A stretch of DNA of 64,000 bases from Candidatus Omnitrophota bacterium (lineage in GTDB: Bacteria > Omnitrophota > Gorgyraeia > Zapsychrales > Zapsychraceae), in contig JANQMA010000017.1 of the NCBI GenBank assembly GCA_028280285.1, positions 993-64,992 on the forward strand, in the 5' to 3' direction. Every line of letters begins with the position of its first letter. The first letter of the stretch is position 1. The notes below the pieces were generated by a model. That model saw only the letters and a list, made by a program, of their open reading frames with translations, had not been told where the DNA came from and did not search any database. The position numbers were made by a program, and so were the translations under genes. Of this stretch, positions 1 to 10,831 are shown one piece after another.

Positions 1-2983
1 TGCTATTGATAATTTTTTTGGGAGAGGCATGTGGTTTGCAGTCGGGTGATTGTGGAAGAGTGCCGGAACAGCTGAGATTAATGGTTTCGCGTAAAAGCAT
101 TGAGGGATCAATTTTTATATTTTTTGATTTTGAAACGATGACATCATTGATTTTCGGGGCAGCCTGAAAATTATAATTTTTTTCAAAGTCCATCCAGCCG
201 TTGACACCGATATTGATGATATCACTAAACAGTTCGCCATCACTTGTAATAAGTCGTCCGTTGGCCAGAAAGAAGTTTGCCTGCGCGTCGGTAAAATGGG
301 CTTCTTTATAGTAAGGGATAACTTGACCTAAATAACCGTTTGTAACGGCAAGGTAGCCTTTGCCTTCGATGTCGCCGCGTCTTTTATATGGACCGAATCC
401 GTCAAAATAAAAGGTGAGCTGTCCGCTTAAATGCGGATGTTTTACAAGATTTTTGGCCTTGCGGTATTCCGCTAAATCAAGATTAGTTATTTTTCCATTG
501 AGTTTAAACGGCAGATCCGGGTGGGCTGCTTCAAAATTTGATAATAATACAATGGAACCTTTATAAAGCGAAGCAGTTAATTCCACTTGCGATTTATTGC
601 CTTTTTCCTGAGCGTATCCTAGATCAACAAAAATAAACGGCAAATCGTAAATTGAGAGTTCATCTGATTGAATGGCCGCCGTGATATTCCAGTTTTTCCA
701 ATCTTTAAGGGCTCCTGCCATAGAGGCCTTGATGCGCGCCTTGCCGCTTAACTTAAGATCTTTCATATGTTCTGCTATAGGTGTGATTTTGGCCAGATCG
801 GTTGTGTCCAATTGGATTTGACCGTCGAGGTTTATATTCGGATCGCGTAAATCTTTGGTTGATAAGCCTTTGGCCGTAAAGTGTGATTCATAAAAATGGC
901 CGGCAAGTCTTTGGATTTTAATATTATCTTTATGAAATTCCAGATCAGTAGCGGCTTTAAATATTGGGGAATCGAGTGTGCTTGTCAGTGTTGGTGTTTC
1001 GCCGTTTTGGAATGTGGCATTGAGTTGGTAGCGCTGGAAGTTATGATCTGTTGTTAAATTTTCGATCAGTAAACCCGATTTATCAAATGTAATTTTTCCA
1101 TTTAATTTTTCAAAAGGGTTTTTAAAAGAGGGAAGTGTCAGTGTGGCATATTTCGGTTCGAGTGTGACTTTTATGGTTGCATCTTTATAAGATTTCAGCC
1201 GGCCGATAAAATTCACACTTGCCTCGCCGACGCCATTGATCGATAGATTATCTATATTGTTTAAAACCGGCGCATATGGTTTTGCCATGGCCAAGGCTTG
1301 GGTCAAATTTAATTCTTTCGTCGATATATTAGCTTTTATATTTGGATTTTTAAAATCATTAAGATCACCATAAATGTTCAATCGCGTATTTTGTGTGATT
1401 AAGGACAGGTTTTTGGTGGTTAATTTATCGTTGGTGATACTTATCTCTCCATCAATATCGCTGATGCTCTCAACAATAGCGACGCCGTTTATAGAAGAAT
1501 TATTGGGCTTAATTTCTCCTTCATAGCTCAGGCTTTTGCCATAAGTAACTTGGCCATTTATCATCGGGCTTCCAGTTAATGTTAACTCCTCCGTCAGCTT
1601 GGCGGTAATATCAGATGCTTTAAGTGCGGCGGCTACACTCAAGCCGGTTCTACCATAGGAGATGTTAAGATTGTCAGAAGAAATGTCACCTGTAAGTACG
1701 GATTGTGCTTTATTCATTAATGTGGTGTTGTGCGAAACAAACTGGCTATTGGCTGTCACACCGCTTTTCTTCATTTCCAGATTAAGTTTATTCAGTGTTA
1801 GATCGCCGGTGTATTGCATCTGATCGTAGGTCATATCGCTTCGGTCGAGTTTGTAGTCGCCGGTTATGCTATAAGTATTTTTATCTTTGAGAAAAGATAA
1901 ATTCGTTGCGTATAGATTCGTTGTGATACGGTTATTTTCCGACGGGGTAAAGATAAGATTTTTAACAATGAGATTATTAGAAGAAACTTTGACAGTTTCT
2001 TTATTTACGGTGACTTCAGATAAAGTGCCTTTGATGTCTCCTGTCAGCCGGTTCATACCTTGCTCTGCATAATTAAATTTTTTTAAATCGATTAAAGCCT
2101 TGGCGGATATACCATTTGCATTTATGCGCAAATCAATACCGCTTATATTCAATGCGCTGCTTATAAATGAATCTTTGATTAGCGCAGTCAATTCATCGGT
2201 TATGAGTGAACCTTTTAGATCCAACTCTTTGTTTTTATAAACAAATGTAATGGCGGCCTCACGAATAAGTGCGTTTTCTAAAACGGGGGCCGACGTTGAT
2301 TTTAAATATTGCATATATTGATCGATCAAAATGTTTTTGATGTTGAGATTTCCTTCTACTATATGTGTTGCCAAATCATAACTTCCCGTTAGCTTAAGAG
2401 AAGAGCCTTTTTGAGATGTGAGTGTGTCTCCATCGAATGTAATTTTTTTATTGAGTGACAAAGATATTTCCAGATTCAAATCACTCAAGGTTTCGGTTAT
2501 TTCATTATAGTGATCAGTGAAAGTTATTTTCCCGTTTTTGATGATCAGTTTTTTAAGGATAACTGAATATTGTTTTTCTCCGCTTGGGCGTTTCAGGTGT
2601 TCAACCAAGTCGGAAAAGTTGAATGTCATATCTTCATGATAGACGATGGGAATAACAGGCCCGTTAATGTGTATGGTGGGGATGATAATGGTCTTAGTCT
2701 TGATCACATCGGCAAAGATAATATTGAAAGATAGATGGGGAATAACAAATTCCGGCACGTTTTCATCATCTTTTTTATGGAGAAAGATGTTATGAACGGC
2801 AAAACCTTTAAGAAGATCAAAGTCGATTTTCTCGACTGAGACCTTACGTCCGAGTTGTGTGCCGGCGGCCTCTTCAATGTAGGCTTTTACTTTAACAGGA
2901 AGGAAAATCTTGTTTACGTAAAAGTAGGCGATGGCGCCTAACATTATGATAGCCAACAAGATAAAGAAAATCCGACGCTTCAT
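1..2983 (-). CDS. AsmA-family/DUF748-like envelope assembly protein (partial; C-terminus runs off the window start)
   Basis: Minus-strand ORF from ATG at 2983-2981 (MKRRIFFILLAIIMLGAIAYFYVNKIFLPVKVKAY..., N-terminal signal-anchor), with an in-frame TGA 5 codons upstream. No complete ORF is listed in 1-1886 on either strand, consistent with one long ORF running off the edge. The product is repetitive beta-rich sequence typical of AsmA/TamB-like proteins. The family assignment is from motif-level resemblance only. Confidence 0.5.
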   Translation of the reverse strand, partial: MKRRIFFILLAIIMLGAIAYFYVNKIFLPVKVKAYIEEAAGTQLGRKVSVEKIDFDLLKGFAVHNIFLHKKDDENVPEFVIPHLSFNIIFADVIKTKTIIIPTIHINGPVIPIVYHEDMTFNFSDLVEHLKRPSGEKQYSVILKKLIIKNGKITFTDHYNEITETLSDLNLEISLSLNKKITFDGDTLTSQKGSSLKLTGSYDLATHIVEGNLNIKNILIDQYMQYLKSTSAPVLENALIREAAITFVYKNKELDLKGSLITDELTALIKDSFISSALNISGIDLRINANGISAKALIDLKKFNYAEQGMNRLTGDIKGTLSEVTVNKETVKVSSNNLIVKNLIFTPSENNRITTNLYATNLSFLKDKNTYSITGDYKLDRSDMTYDQMQYTGDLTLNKLNLEMKKSGVTANSQFVSHNTTLMNKAQSVLTGDISSDNLNISYGRTGLSVAAALKASDITAKLTEELTLTGSPMINGQVTYGKSLSYEGEIKPNNSSINGVAIVESISDIDGEISITNDKLTTKNLSLITQNTRLNIYGDLNDFKNPNIKANISTKELNLTQALAMAKPYAPVLNNIDNLSINGVGEASVNFIGRLKSYKDATIKVTLEPKYATLTLPSFKNPFEKLNGKITFDKSGLLIENLTTDHNFQRYQLNATFQNGETPTLTSTLDSPIFKAATDLEFHKDNIKIQRLAGHFYESHFTAKGLSTKDLRDPNINLDGQIQLDTTDLAKITPIAEHMKDLKLSGKARIKASMAGALKDWKNWNITAAIQSDELSIYDLPFIFVDLGYAQEKGNKSQVELTASLYKGSIVLLSNFEAAHPDLPFKLNGKITNLDLAEYRKAKNLVKHPHLSGQLTFYFDGFGPYKRRGDIEGKGYLAVTNGYLGQVIPYYKEAHFTDAQANFFLANGRLITSDGELFSDIINIGVNGWMDFEKNYNFQAAPKINDVIVSKSKNIKIDPSMLLRETINLSCSGTLPQSPDCKPHASPKKIINS

Positions 2984-3155
2984 GCCCAATAGTATATATC
3001 AACACATCTTTACGATCAATGTATAGTTTTATAACCTGTCTTCCAAAACAACCTACGAGGTTTAATAGGTAAAGCCCTATCGTAACCTCGTAGGTTTGCA
3101 AAGGGCCCTTGCAAATTTAAAGGTCCCATGATATTATTACTGCTCAAATTTCATT

Positions 3156-3232
3156 CGGGAAGTGGCGCAGCTGGCTAGCGTACGTGCTTTGGGAGCATGG
3201 GGTCGCGGGTTCGAATCCCGCCTTCCCGACCA
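3156..3232 (+). tRNA. tRNA-Pro (anticodon UGG)
   Basis: 77-nt cloverleaf read directly from sequence. Acceptor stem CGGGAAG/CTTCCCG, D-arm GCGC-AGCTGGCTA-GCGT, anticodon arm CGTGC-TTTGGGA-GCATG (positions 34-36 = TGG), T-arm GCGGG-TTCGAAT-CCCGC, discriminator A, encoded CCA. Confidence 0.9.
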
Positions 3233-3240
3233 TTTACCCC

Positions 3241-3283
3241 CCCGGTTGCTTTGCGGATAAGCGAAGCAGCCGGGTTTTTTTAT
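3241..3283 (+). terminator. Rho-independent terminator hairpin after tRNA-Pro (first of two in tandem)
   Basis: CCCGGTTGCTTTGCGG-loop-CGAAGCAGCCGGG stem followed by TTTTTTT. Confidence 0.6.
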
Positions 3284-3300
3284 TTCCGTTATATCACTAA

Positions 3301-3334
3301 GCGGGCAGTTCATTTGGAACTGTCCGCTTTTTTT
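3301..3334 (+). terminator. Second tandem terminator hairpin
   Basis: GCGGGCAGTTC-attt-GGAACTGTCCGC followed by TTTTTTT. Confidence 0.6.
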
Positions 3335-3718
3335 ATATTGGCGCTTTAAAAAAAGATGAAAATTGTTTTGAAACGAAAAATTTTATTACTATAATAACAT
3401 CATATTTTACGTAAATAGTTGAAAATAAAGAAGATAGAAAAAAGTTAGTCAATAGTAGAAATAAGTTAGTTTTGCTAAATTTCAGTTCTTTTTAGTTGTC
3501 CTCTGCTATATAAGTATTTAAACCGTCGAGAAGCAGAATTGTCCAGAGTTTTCGGGCAAGCTATCCTCACTTTTTCCTCGACGGTTTAAGTGCGGCTTTT
3601 CGATTGATGTTTGACATTAATAGAAAAGAGCTTGCCCCCAAATCTCCGGGCAGGCAATCATCTTTGGATCAAGCCTTTAATTACGCGTGAGTCAAGAATG
3701 AGAATACAAGAGGAAAAA

Positions 3719-4462
3719 ATGGTGAAAAGAACTTTATTATTATTAATTACTTATATTTTTATTGTTTCGGCGGCTTTTGCAGCAGAAGACAATACGCAGT
3801 GGGGTTATGAAGGAGAGACCGGCCCAGAGTACTGGGCTGAGCTTGATCCGAAGTTCTCTGGCTGCAAAGGTTTTAACCAATCCCCCATTAACATCTCCAA
3901 TACAACACGCGCCTTATTATCTGATATTACATTTGATTACCATGATGTTGTTTTCAACATGCTTAATAATGGGCATACGATTCAACTGAATTATGCCGGG
4001 GGAAGCTCTATCAGTGTTGACGGGCGCATATTTGATTTACAGCAATTTCATTTTCATTCTCCCAGCGAAAATCATATTAACGGGATGAGTTATCCCATGG
4101 AAGTTCAATTAGTTCATAAAGATGCGGATGGCAACTTAGGTGTTATCGGGGTTATGTTCAAAGAAGGGGCTGAAAACCCAATGATCAAAGGTCTATGGGG
4201 GCATTTGAAAGAGGCTGTCGTGGGGCAGGATCTTGTTAAGGAAGGTATTCAAATTAATGCATATGGCATACTTCCGAGTAATAAGGAATATTATCGTTTC
4301 AACGGGTCTTTAACCACACCACCTTGCTCTGAAGGAGTGATGTGGATGGTTATGAAAGAGCCGTTAGAAATATCTTCGAGGCAGGTGAGGCAATTTGTTA
4401 ATTTAATCGGACGCAATAACCGCCCTATACAATCGGTTAATGCGCGACCGATTCTTAGATGA
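3719..4462 (+). CDS. alpha-class carbonic anhydrase with N-terminal signal peptide
   Basis: MVKRTLLLLITYIFIVSAAFAA signal peptide. Alpha-CA hallmarks QFHFHSPSE(N)H (zinc histidines), LVH, and SLTTPPCSEGV(MW). GAGGA Shine-Dalgarno 8 nt upstream of the ATG at 3719. I reject the upstream in-frame extension from 3611. Confidence 0.85.
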   Translation: MVKRTLLLLITYIFIVSAAFAAEDNTQWGYEGETGPEYWAELDPKFSGCKGFNQSPINISNTTRALLSDITFDYHDVVFNMLNNGHTIQLNYAGGSSISVDGRIFDLQQFHFHSPSENHINGMSYPMEVQLVHKDADGNLGVIGVMFKEGAENPMIKGLWGHLKEAVVGQDLVKEGIQINAYGILPSNKEYYRFNGSLTTPPCSEGVMWMVMKEPLEISSRQVRQFVNLIGRNNRPIQSVNARPILR

Positions 4463-4508
4463 ATTTAGTTATAGATTTACATGAATGAGGAAAAACCGGG
4501 AGACAAAA

Positions 4509-7046
4509 ATGAAATTCTTTAAATTATCAGTGAGCGTCTTTGTTGCAGCGCTATTGTGTTTGGTTTGTTCAAATTTAGCCATGGCCGACAACGGTCAAGT
4601 TGCCCGGATTATCGGAAACGGAATGGGCTATAAACAGTTAAACGCACCTACAACCTTTACGGAAAATAATGAACGTGTTGCAAATAAAGTTCGTGAGGTC
4701 CATGTAAACCACGCGCCAATACAAAGTTCTCCTGAGATTATTCAACTCAGTGCACTGGATAGCGGTCGCACACAACACAATGCGAGTGTGCCATCAAATA
4801 CAGCTTCCTATTCTTCCCGACGTGCTTCTTCCCAAAAACGCGATATTCCCGGAACGCCTGTTTCTTTAATTGATTTGCATCGTTTAAAAGAACTTGATCA
4901 AAAACGCACATATCAAGTCAATGACGAGCCTTTTGTAAAAATCGGACGACCAAGTGCCGGTTTAGTGGGGTCGTTTAAAATAGCGGCCATAGTTTTAGGC
5001 CTTTTTGTTGTGCTTGGTTTTTTTCTCTATAAATCAGGTATTGTGGATAATTGGGGTATTCGCACCAAACTTTATTTTGGTTTCGGCCTGCTTATTGTCT
5101 TGGCGATTACTTTGGGTCTGATCGATCAACGTTCTTTAAATAGTACGACGGCCCAAGCACAGATTGTTAAAGAGCTGCTTTTGGCACATTCTCTTGGGAT
5201 TAAATTAGAGTCTTATCAGAATGAATTTCTTTTAGTTGGCATAGAAGGTAGAGAAAAAGTAGAGGGCATATTAAAAAAACGCCAAGAGAGTGTAGAGGAG
5301 TTGGCCCGGTTACTTCAAAAGTTTAAAAACGAAAAAATAGAACCAAAGATCATAGAAGGGGTCGACAAGATTATCGAAAGAAATGTCCGCTACGAGGCTC
5401 TGTTTAGTGGCATTGTGGAAAAGTATCGGGCTATTCGTGTCGAAAAACAAACTTTAGATGAACAGGCAACGAACATTGAACGTAATGTTGAGCAGCTGTT
5501 GCATGAGCATGAGGCTGATTTAGAAAGCTTACGGGTATCGGGAGCTTCGGATGATGAAATTGGTCTGCAAATTAGATTGATTGAAGAGTTGACGGCAATG
5601 GAGGCGTTAATCCTCAAATTAAGTCATGATCAAGTTGAATTTATGCTCGATAAACGAACAGCCCGGATTGATGAGATGGGACAGTATTTGGGAGGAATTT
5701 ATTATTATCTGGAAGAAGCAAATTATCTTATCGGACAGTCTTCAGCGAATAGTGTAAAGAAGGCCAATGATTTAAGGATGCTTAAGGCAGTGGAAGGAGA
5801 CTTGAAACAGCTTTCTACCGGTTTGACGGATGTTATTGAAAATCAACTCATTGTTGAAGCAGATAATGTTGAATCGAGTGAGATTGTTAAAAGAATGGGC
5901 GCAACACTCGAAGCCTCTGTGCAATATATTCAAGAAAAAGCCTCTCAATTGCAAGCCGCGACCGAGAAAACATCGATGATGATGATCGGTTTTGTGCTGC
6001 TGTTGGGTGCTGCGGCTTCTTATATTGTAGCCGGTGGCATTGCAGCACCTCTGCAAAAAGCTATTGATGATCTTACTAAGGGCTCGGACCAGGTGGCTTC
6101 AGTATCTAATCAAATTTCCAATGCAAGCCAACAATTATCTGAGGGAGCGACCGAACAAGCATCGAGCTTGGAGGAAACGTCGAGCTCGCTCGATGAACTA
6201 TCTTCGATGACGAAAAGCAATGCGGATAGTGCTGCGAAAGCTAATCAAATGGCTGTTGCATCTCGCAGTGAGGCTGAACAAGGTGATAAAGCTATGAAAG
6301 AAATGCAAGAAGCCATGCATGGCATCAGAGAATCATCGGATAAGATCGGAAAGATTATTAAAACGATCGAGGAAATTGCTTTTCAAACAAACTTGCTTGC
6401 GCTTAATGCCGCTGTTGAGGCCGCACGTGCCGGGGAGCACGGAAAAGGTTTTGCTGTTGTGGCTGATGAGGTTCGCAATTTGGCTCAGCGTTCCGCTGTG
6501 GCTGCGAAGGATACAGCCCAGTTGATTGAAGAGAATATTGAAAAAGCAAGAAACGGTTCAGAGATCAGTGATAAGGCAGGTAAGGCATTGACCGAAATCA
6601 TGGACAGCTCTAAAAAGGTAGCAGATGTTGTGACAGAAATAGCCACCGCCTGTAAAGAACAGGCCGAAGGGATTAGTCAGATTTCCAATGCGGTTAGTCA
6701 ATTAGATCAAGTGACGCAACGTAACGCAGCCAATGCGGAAGAAAGCGCCGCCTCATCACAAGAGCTTAATACCCAAGCAGGAACGCTTAAAGATACAGTG
6801 GGTGAATTAATTTCTTTAGTCGGTGGAGCTAATGGCAACTATCGGCAAATGTTAATTACAGATAAAAGGGCTGATGCGAATAAAGCGAGTCGTAATATTG
6901 GAAACCGTCGCGCAGCCCCAAACAAGGCGGGTGGCGTGCAGGAAACGGCCGGACATGCTCATACAACAGGAAGGCTTCCCGAGGGGCCGCAAGTAAAAAA
7001 TGCCGAAGATGTTATTCCGCTTGATGATGATTTTAAAGATTTTTAA
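4509..7046 (+). CDS. methyl-accepting chemotaxis protein (MCP) with two TM segments and a periplasmic sensor region
   Basis: [18 protein letters not shown] signal/TM, second TM ([17 protein letters not shown]), and the highly conserved MCP signalling-domain core [46 protein letters not shown] Shine-Dalgarno before the ATG at 4509; the ORF also opens at 4485. Confidence 0.9.
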   Translation: MKFFKLSVSVFVAALLCLVCSNLAMADNGQVARIIGNGMGYKQLNAPTTFTENNERVANKVREVHVNHAPIQSSPEIIQLSALDSGRTQHNASVPSNTASYSSRRASSQKRDIPGTPVSLIDLHRLKELDQKRTYQVNDEPFVKIGRPSAGLVGSFKIAAIVLGLFVVLGFFLYKSGIVDNWGIRTKLYFGFGLLIVLAITLGLIDQRSLNSTTAQAQIVKELLLAHSLGIKLESYQNEFLLVGIEGREKVEGILKKRQESVEELARLLQKFKNEKIEPKIIEGVDKIIERNVRYEALFSGIVEKYRAIRVEKQTLDEQATNIERNVEQLLHEHEADLESLRVSGASDDEIGLQIRLIEELTAMEALILKLSHDQVEFMLDKRTARIDEMGQYLGGIYYYLEEANYLIGQSSANSVKKANDLRMLKAVEGDLKQLSTGLTDVIENQLIVEADNVESSEIVKRMGATLEASVQYIQEKASQLQAATEKTSMMMIGFVLLLGAAASYIVAGGIAAPLQKAIDDLTKGSDQVASVSNQISNASQQLSEGATEQASSLEETSSSLDELSSMTKSNADSAAKANQMAVASRSEAEQGDKAMKEMQEAMHGIRESSDKIGKIIKTIEEIAFQTNLLALNAAVEAARAGEHGKGFAVVADEVRNLAQRSAVAAKDTAQLIEENIEKARNGSEISDKAGKALTEIMDSSKKVADVVTEIATACKEQAEGISQISNAVSQLDQVTQRNAANAEESAASSQELNTQAGTLKDTVGELISLVGGANGNYRQMLITDKRADANKASRNIGNRRAAPNKAGGVQETAGHAHTTGRLPEGPQVKNAEDVIPLDDDFKDF

Positions 7047-7061
7047 TGCAACACATTAACT

Positions 7062-9800
7062 ATGAATATTAACGAACTCGAAGAAGCGATAAATAAATTG
7101 GCGGCAGATTTGATTCTGCTTGATTCTTTTTCTAAAGAATCGATGGATGCCTTTTCAGGAACCCTCAATATTTTAAAGACGGCTTATGAAGGGGCGCATA
7201 GTGATGTTTTTCAAAGTATCACCACAACAAGTCAACAGATTTTATCTGACATTGCCGATGAGACAGATAAGAAAACTTCTGTGATTTTGGCATGTATTGT
7301 CAGTTCACTGCAGAATCTTATTAAAGATATTAAGCAAGACGCCGATGTTTCCGGGCATGTCGATCGTTTCAAAAAGGATATCAATGCGCTTATGGGTGGC
7401 GATAATCCGGCTGAACCCCCTCAAACTAATATGGCTGAATCACAGACTAAAGCCATACCAGAATTTATTTCTAACACACAGACTTTACTCGAGGAGATCG
7501 AGGCCGATCTTTTGGATATTGAAAAAAGCGAAAATCCTCAAGATAAAGTTAACAATATATTCAGAGCGTTTCATACCCTTAAGGGTGAGTCGAATCTACT
7601 CAATTTTAAAAACCTCAATACTCTGGCACATAAAGCCGAGGATTTGCTCGAATGCATTAGATTCAATACATTGTGTGTCGATGACAATATTAACACGGTT
7701 TTATTGAAGACGGTTGATGCTGTTAAACAATTTGTTAAGGCGCTTTCCTCTGATCCTTCTTTAGCGGTCAACATAGATTTATCTGATGTGACCGCAGAAA
7801 TTGAAAATATTATCACATCAAAATTTGAGGACAATTCTGATGAAACAGAGGAAGTACAAATAATTGAAAATGAAGTACAAAAAGAAGACCAACCGGTTGA
7901 AGAAGTGTCGCTAGAGCCACAAGAGCCGCAAGAGAGTGAAGAGAAAACAGAGGAGATTGAAATAGAACCATTTACCGCTAAAGTTCCTGAGCTTGATTTA
8001 TCTGAAGGAACAGATATTCTCTCAGAATTTCTGACGGAAGCCACAGAGGATCATTTGAATAATATTGAAGACGGGATCATGACTTTAGAAAAAGATCCTC
8101 AAGATAAAGAAGCGGTTGATGCCGTCTTTAGGGCGTTTCATACCATAAAGGGTCTGGCAGGATTTTTAGAGCTCGAAGATATTCGTACGCTTGCGCATGA
8201 TTCCGAGACAATGCTTGATATGGTTCGCAAAGGCACGCTCGGGTTTGACGGCATTGTGGTTGATCTTACCTTTGAGTCGGTGGATTGTTTGAAAAAATTG
8301 TTTGAACTGCTTTCTGAACAATTGGCCAATGGCGGCGAGCTGCAAAGTCCATATTTTGATGTCGGTCGTCAAATTCAGCGACTAAGAGAAGTTATTGCAG
8401 GCAAAGTGCCTGTGTCAACAAAACCTATTGGTGAAATTTTGGTCGAGGAGGGGGATATCACATCCGACGAGTTAGAAAAGGCACTTGAAATTCAAAACAA
8501 AGAACATCCGGAGAAAAAGGTTGGCGAAATCTTACAGGATAATAATGCGGCAAGTGCCAAGGATGTTAAAAAGGCCGTGAATATTCAAAAAGGTGCGGTT
8601 GAAAATTCGATTAAAATTCGCGTGGATAAGCTTGATGCCTTGATTGATCTTGTGGGTGAATTGGTTATTAGTGAAACACAGGTGGTTCAAAATCCGGTTA
8701 TTAAACAAATAGATAATCAACGTATTGCGAAAGATTTGGCGGAAGTGGATCGCATTACACGCCGGCTGCAAGAAGTGGCGATGGGGATGCGGCTTATTCC
8801 GGTTAAGCAAACTTTTCAGAAAATGCAGCGTATTATCCGTGATCTTTCTAAAAAGTCCAACAAAGACATCGATGTGGTGTTAATCGGGGAGGATACAGAG
8901 ATCGATAAGAATATGGTCGAGCTTATTAGTGATCCGCTGGTGCATATGGTGCGTAATTCTTGTGATCATGGCATTGAGGTCGGTGATGTGAGAGAGGCGA
9001 AAGGAAAACCAAGAGCCGGTAATGTCCAGTTGGCGGCTTTCCATAAGGGTGGCAATGTTGTGATTGAAATCCGCGATGATGGAGCCGGTTTAAATAAAGA
9101 TAAGATTTTGCAAAAGGCGATTGATCGGGGATTGGTTAAGGAAGGCGAAAAGGTTCCTGATAATCGTATTTGTCATATGATTTTTGAGCCGGGCTTTTCG
9201 ACCGCTGATCAAGTGACGGACATTTCAGGACGCGGTGTAGGTATGGATGTGGTTAAGCGTAATATCGAGCAGTTAAGAGGCAAGATTGATATTACAACGG
9301 AACAAGATAAAGGATCTGTGTTTGCGATACAACTGCCCATTACGCTGGCGATTATTGAAGGGATTGTTATTTTGGTTGGCGGGGAGCGTTATATTTTGCC
9401 TATTCATTCTATATTGGAGTTTGTCCAGCCTTTGCCGAAAAACCTGATTAATATTGTCGATAAAGGAGATATTTATAAGGTGCATGAGGAAGTCTATCCT
9501 TTGGTCCGTATGGATCATTTTTTTGGGGTCTCGTCTAAGGTTAGTGATTTTGAAGAAAAGGTGATTTGTTTAGTCGAATCGGATTATGGGCGGGCTTGTT
9601 TGCTTGTTGATGAACTGCTCGGTCAACAGCAAGTGGTGATCAAAAGCCTAGGGGAGAGGTTTAAAGACGTTAGTGGGATTAGTGGTGGAGCGATTTTGGG
9701 CGACGGACAGGTGGGCCTTATTTTAGATGTCAACGGTGTTATATCCCGTGCGCGTGAAGGTTTTTCGCAGGAGGCTGAATACGCCGAGGCGTCTGTCTAA
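7062..9800 (+). CDS. cheA: chemotaxis histidine kinase CheA, apparently with two Hpt domains
   Basis: Two Hpt-like motifs (FRAFHTLKGESNLL and FRAFHTIKGLAGFLEL), a dimerisation region, an HATPase core (HGIE..., IRDDGAGL, GRGVGMDVV) and a C-terminal CheW-like domain. Confidence 0.92.
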   Translation: MNINELEEAINKLAADLILLDSFSKESMDAFSGTLNILKTAYEGAHSDVFQSITTTSQQILSDIADETDKKTSVILACIVSSLQNLIKDIKQDADVSGHVDRFKKDINALMGGDNPAEPPQTNMAESQTKAIPEFISNTQTLLEEIEADLLDIEKSENPQDKVNNIFRAFHTLKGESNLLNFKNLNTLAHKAEDLLECIRFNTLCVDDNINTVLLKTVDAVKQFVKALSSDPSLAVNIDLSDVTAEIENIITSKFEDNSDETEEVQIIENEVQKEDQPVEEVSLEPQEPQESEEKTEEIEIEPFTAKVPELDLSEGTDILSEFLTEATEDHLNNIEDGIMTLEKDPQDKEAVDAVFRAFHTIKGLAGFLELEDIRTLAHDSETMLDMVRKGTLGFDGIVVDLTFESVDCLKKLFELLSEQLANGGELQSPYFDVGRQIQRLREVIAGKVPVSTKPIGEILVEEGDITSDELEKALEIQNKEHPEKKVGEILQDNNAASAKDVKKAVNIQKGAVENSIKIRVDKLDALIDLVGELVISETQVVQNPVIKQIDNQRIAKDLAEVDRITRRLQEVAMGMRLIPVKQTFQKMQRIIRDLSKKSNKDIDVVLIGEDTEIDKNMVELISDPLVHMVRNSCDHGIEVGDVREAKGKPRAGNVQLAAFHKGGNVVIEIRDDGAGLNKDKILQKAIDRGLVKEGEKVPDNRICHMIFEPGFSTADQVTDISGRGVGMDVVKRNIEQLRGKIDITTEQDKGSVFAIQLPITLAIIEGIVILVGGERYILPIHSILEFVQPLPKNLINIVDKGDIYKVHEEVYPLVRMDHFFGVSSKVSDFEEKVICLVESDYGRACLLVDELLGQQQVVIKSLGERFKDVSGISGGAILGDGQVGLILDVNGVISRAREGFSQEAEYAEASV

Positions 9801-9824
9801 GAGTAAGTTAAGGAGAATTATGTA

Positions 9825-10328
9825 ATGCCTGATGAAAATAATGTGCAAACAAGTGCTGTGTCACAGACATCAAATCACGAAGGAAAATACCTGACCTTTG
9901 CTTTGGGCAAAGAGGATTATGGGATTGAAATACTTAAAGTGCGGGAGATTATCGGCATGATGAGTATTACCCATGTGCCGCAAGTACCTAATTATATAAA
10001 AGGGGTTATTAACCTTCGTGGCAAAGTTATTCCTATTATCAATTTGCGTGCGAAGTTCAATATGGATGAAATTGAGCACACAGCAGAAACATGTATCATT
10101 GTGGTTGATATCGATGGCATTCTCATCGGCCTTTTAATTGATAAAGTCAATGATGTGCTGAACATTAACGGTGAGAGCATTGAACCTCCACCTCAATTTG
10201 GTTCGACAATTGACACCGATTTTATTTTGGGGATCGGTAAGGTTTCGGAAAACATGAAGATTTTGCTTAATATTAACAAGGTTCTTAAGGAAGATGTCGC
10301 CGTTGCTGTTGATATAGCTAATAAGTGA
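9825..10328 (+). CDS. cheW: chemotaxis coupling protein CheW
   Basis: 167-aa single CheW-like domain (LTFALGKEDYGIEILKVREI...VINLRGKVIPIINLR) immediately after cheA. Confidence 0.9.
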   Translation: MPDENNVQTSAVSQTSNHEGKYLTFALGKEDYGIEILKVREIIGMMSITHVPQVPNYIKGVINLRGKVIPIINLRAKFNMDEIEHTAETCIIVVDIDGILIGLLIDKVNDVLNINGESIEPPPQFGSTIDTDFILGIGKVSENMKILLNINKVLKEDVAVAVDIANK

Positions 10329-10831
10329 GTAACACAAATAAAAAACTAGAATACTATAATTGCTTTATTCAACCTGGACAGGTGGTTTACAGCCAGGATC
10401 CATCATTAATTTGTGCCGTGTGTGGCAATGGTGTTGTGATTGTGTTGCATGATCGTATTAAAAAGATTGGAGGAGCAGTGCATTGTGTTTATCCTAAATT
10501 AGGACGGGGTCAAAGAGCGAGTAATTATCATGTCGATAGTGCGATTACATCTTTAGTGCAAAGCCTCAAGTCTCTTAAGGCTTCTGCAAGAAGCCTTGAG
10601 GCACAATTATTCGGTGGCGGATGTTACCGTGGGTATGAAAAAAAACGCGCGGAGAAGGTTGTCCTACGCGTCAGAAAAATTTTAAAGGGGCTTAAAATCA
10701 ACATTGTTTCGGAAGATATAGGAGGAGTCCTCGGAAGGAAGGTCGTTTTTAACACGCGCTCAGGAGAGGTTGTTGTGCATAAAACGCGAAAGGTCCGGAA
10801 AACAGATTGGATGCCTGAGTGCCTGCTTTAG
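10325..10831 (+). CDS. cheD: chemoreceptor glutamine deamidase CheD
   Basis: 168-aa CheD-family sequence (LICAVCGNGVVIVLHD...GGAVHCVYP...KVVFNTRSGEVVV). Start overlaps the cheW stop. Confidence 0.8.
   Translation: MSNTNKKLEYYNCFIQPGQVVYSQDPSLICAVCGNGVVIVLHDRIKKIGGAVHCVYPKLGRGQRASNYHVDSAITSLVQSLKSLKASARSLEAQLFGGGCYRGYEKKRAEKVVLRVRKILKGLKINIVSEDIGGVLGRKVVFNTRSGEVVVHKTRKVRKTDWMPECLL

Noticed and set aside
1887-2072. 61-aa + strand ORF inside the AsmA-like gene
   Set aside because: It is antisense to the long minus-strand ORF. No Shine-Dalgarno or motifs.
2892-3101. 69-aa minus-strand ORF across the AsmA-like start region
   Set aside because: It is out of frame with the long AsmA-like ORF and spans the promoter region. 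Spurious.
3611-3718. N-terminal extension of the carbonic anhydrase ORF from the ATG at 3611
   Set aside because: The extension has no signal peptide. The ATG at 3719 has a GAGGA Shine-Dalgarno and yields a canonical signal peptide followed by the mature alpha-CA.
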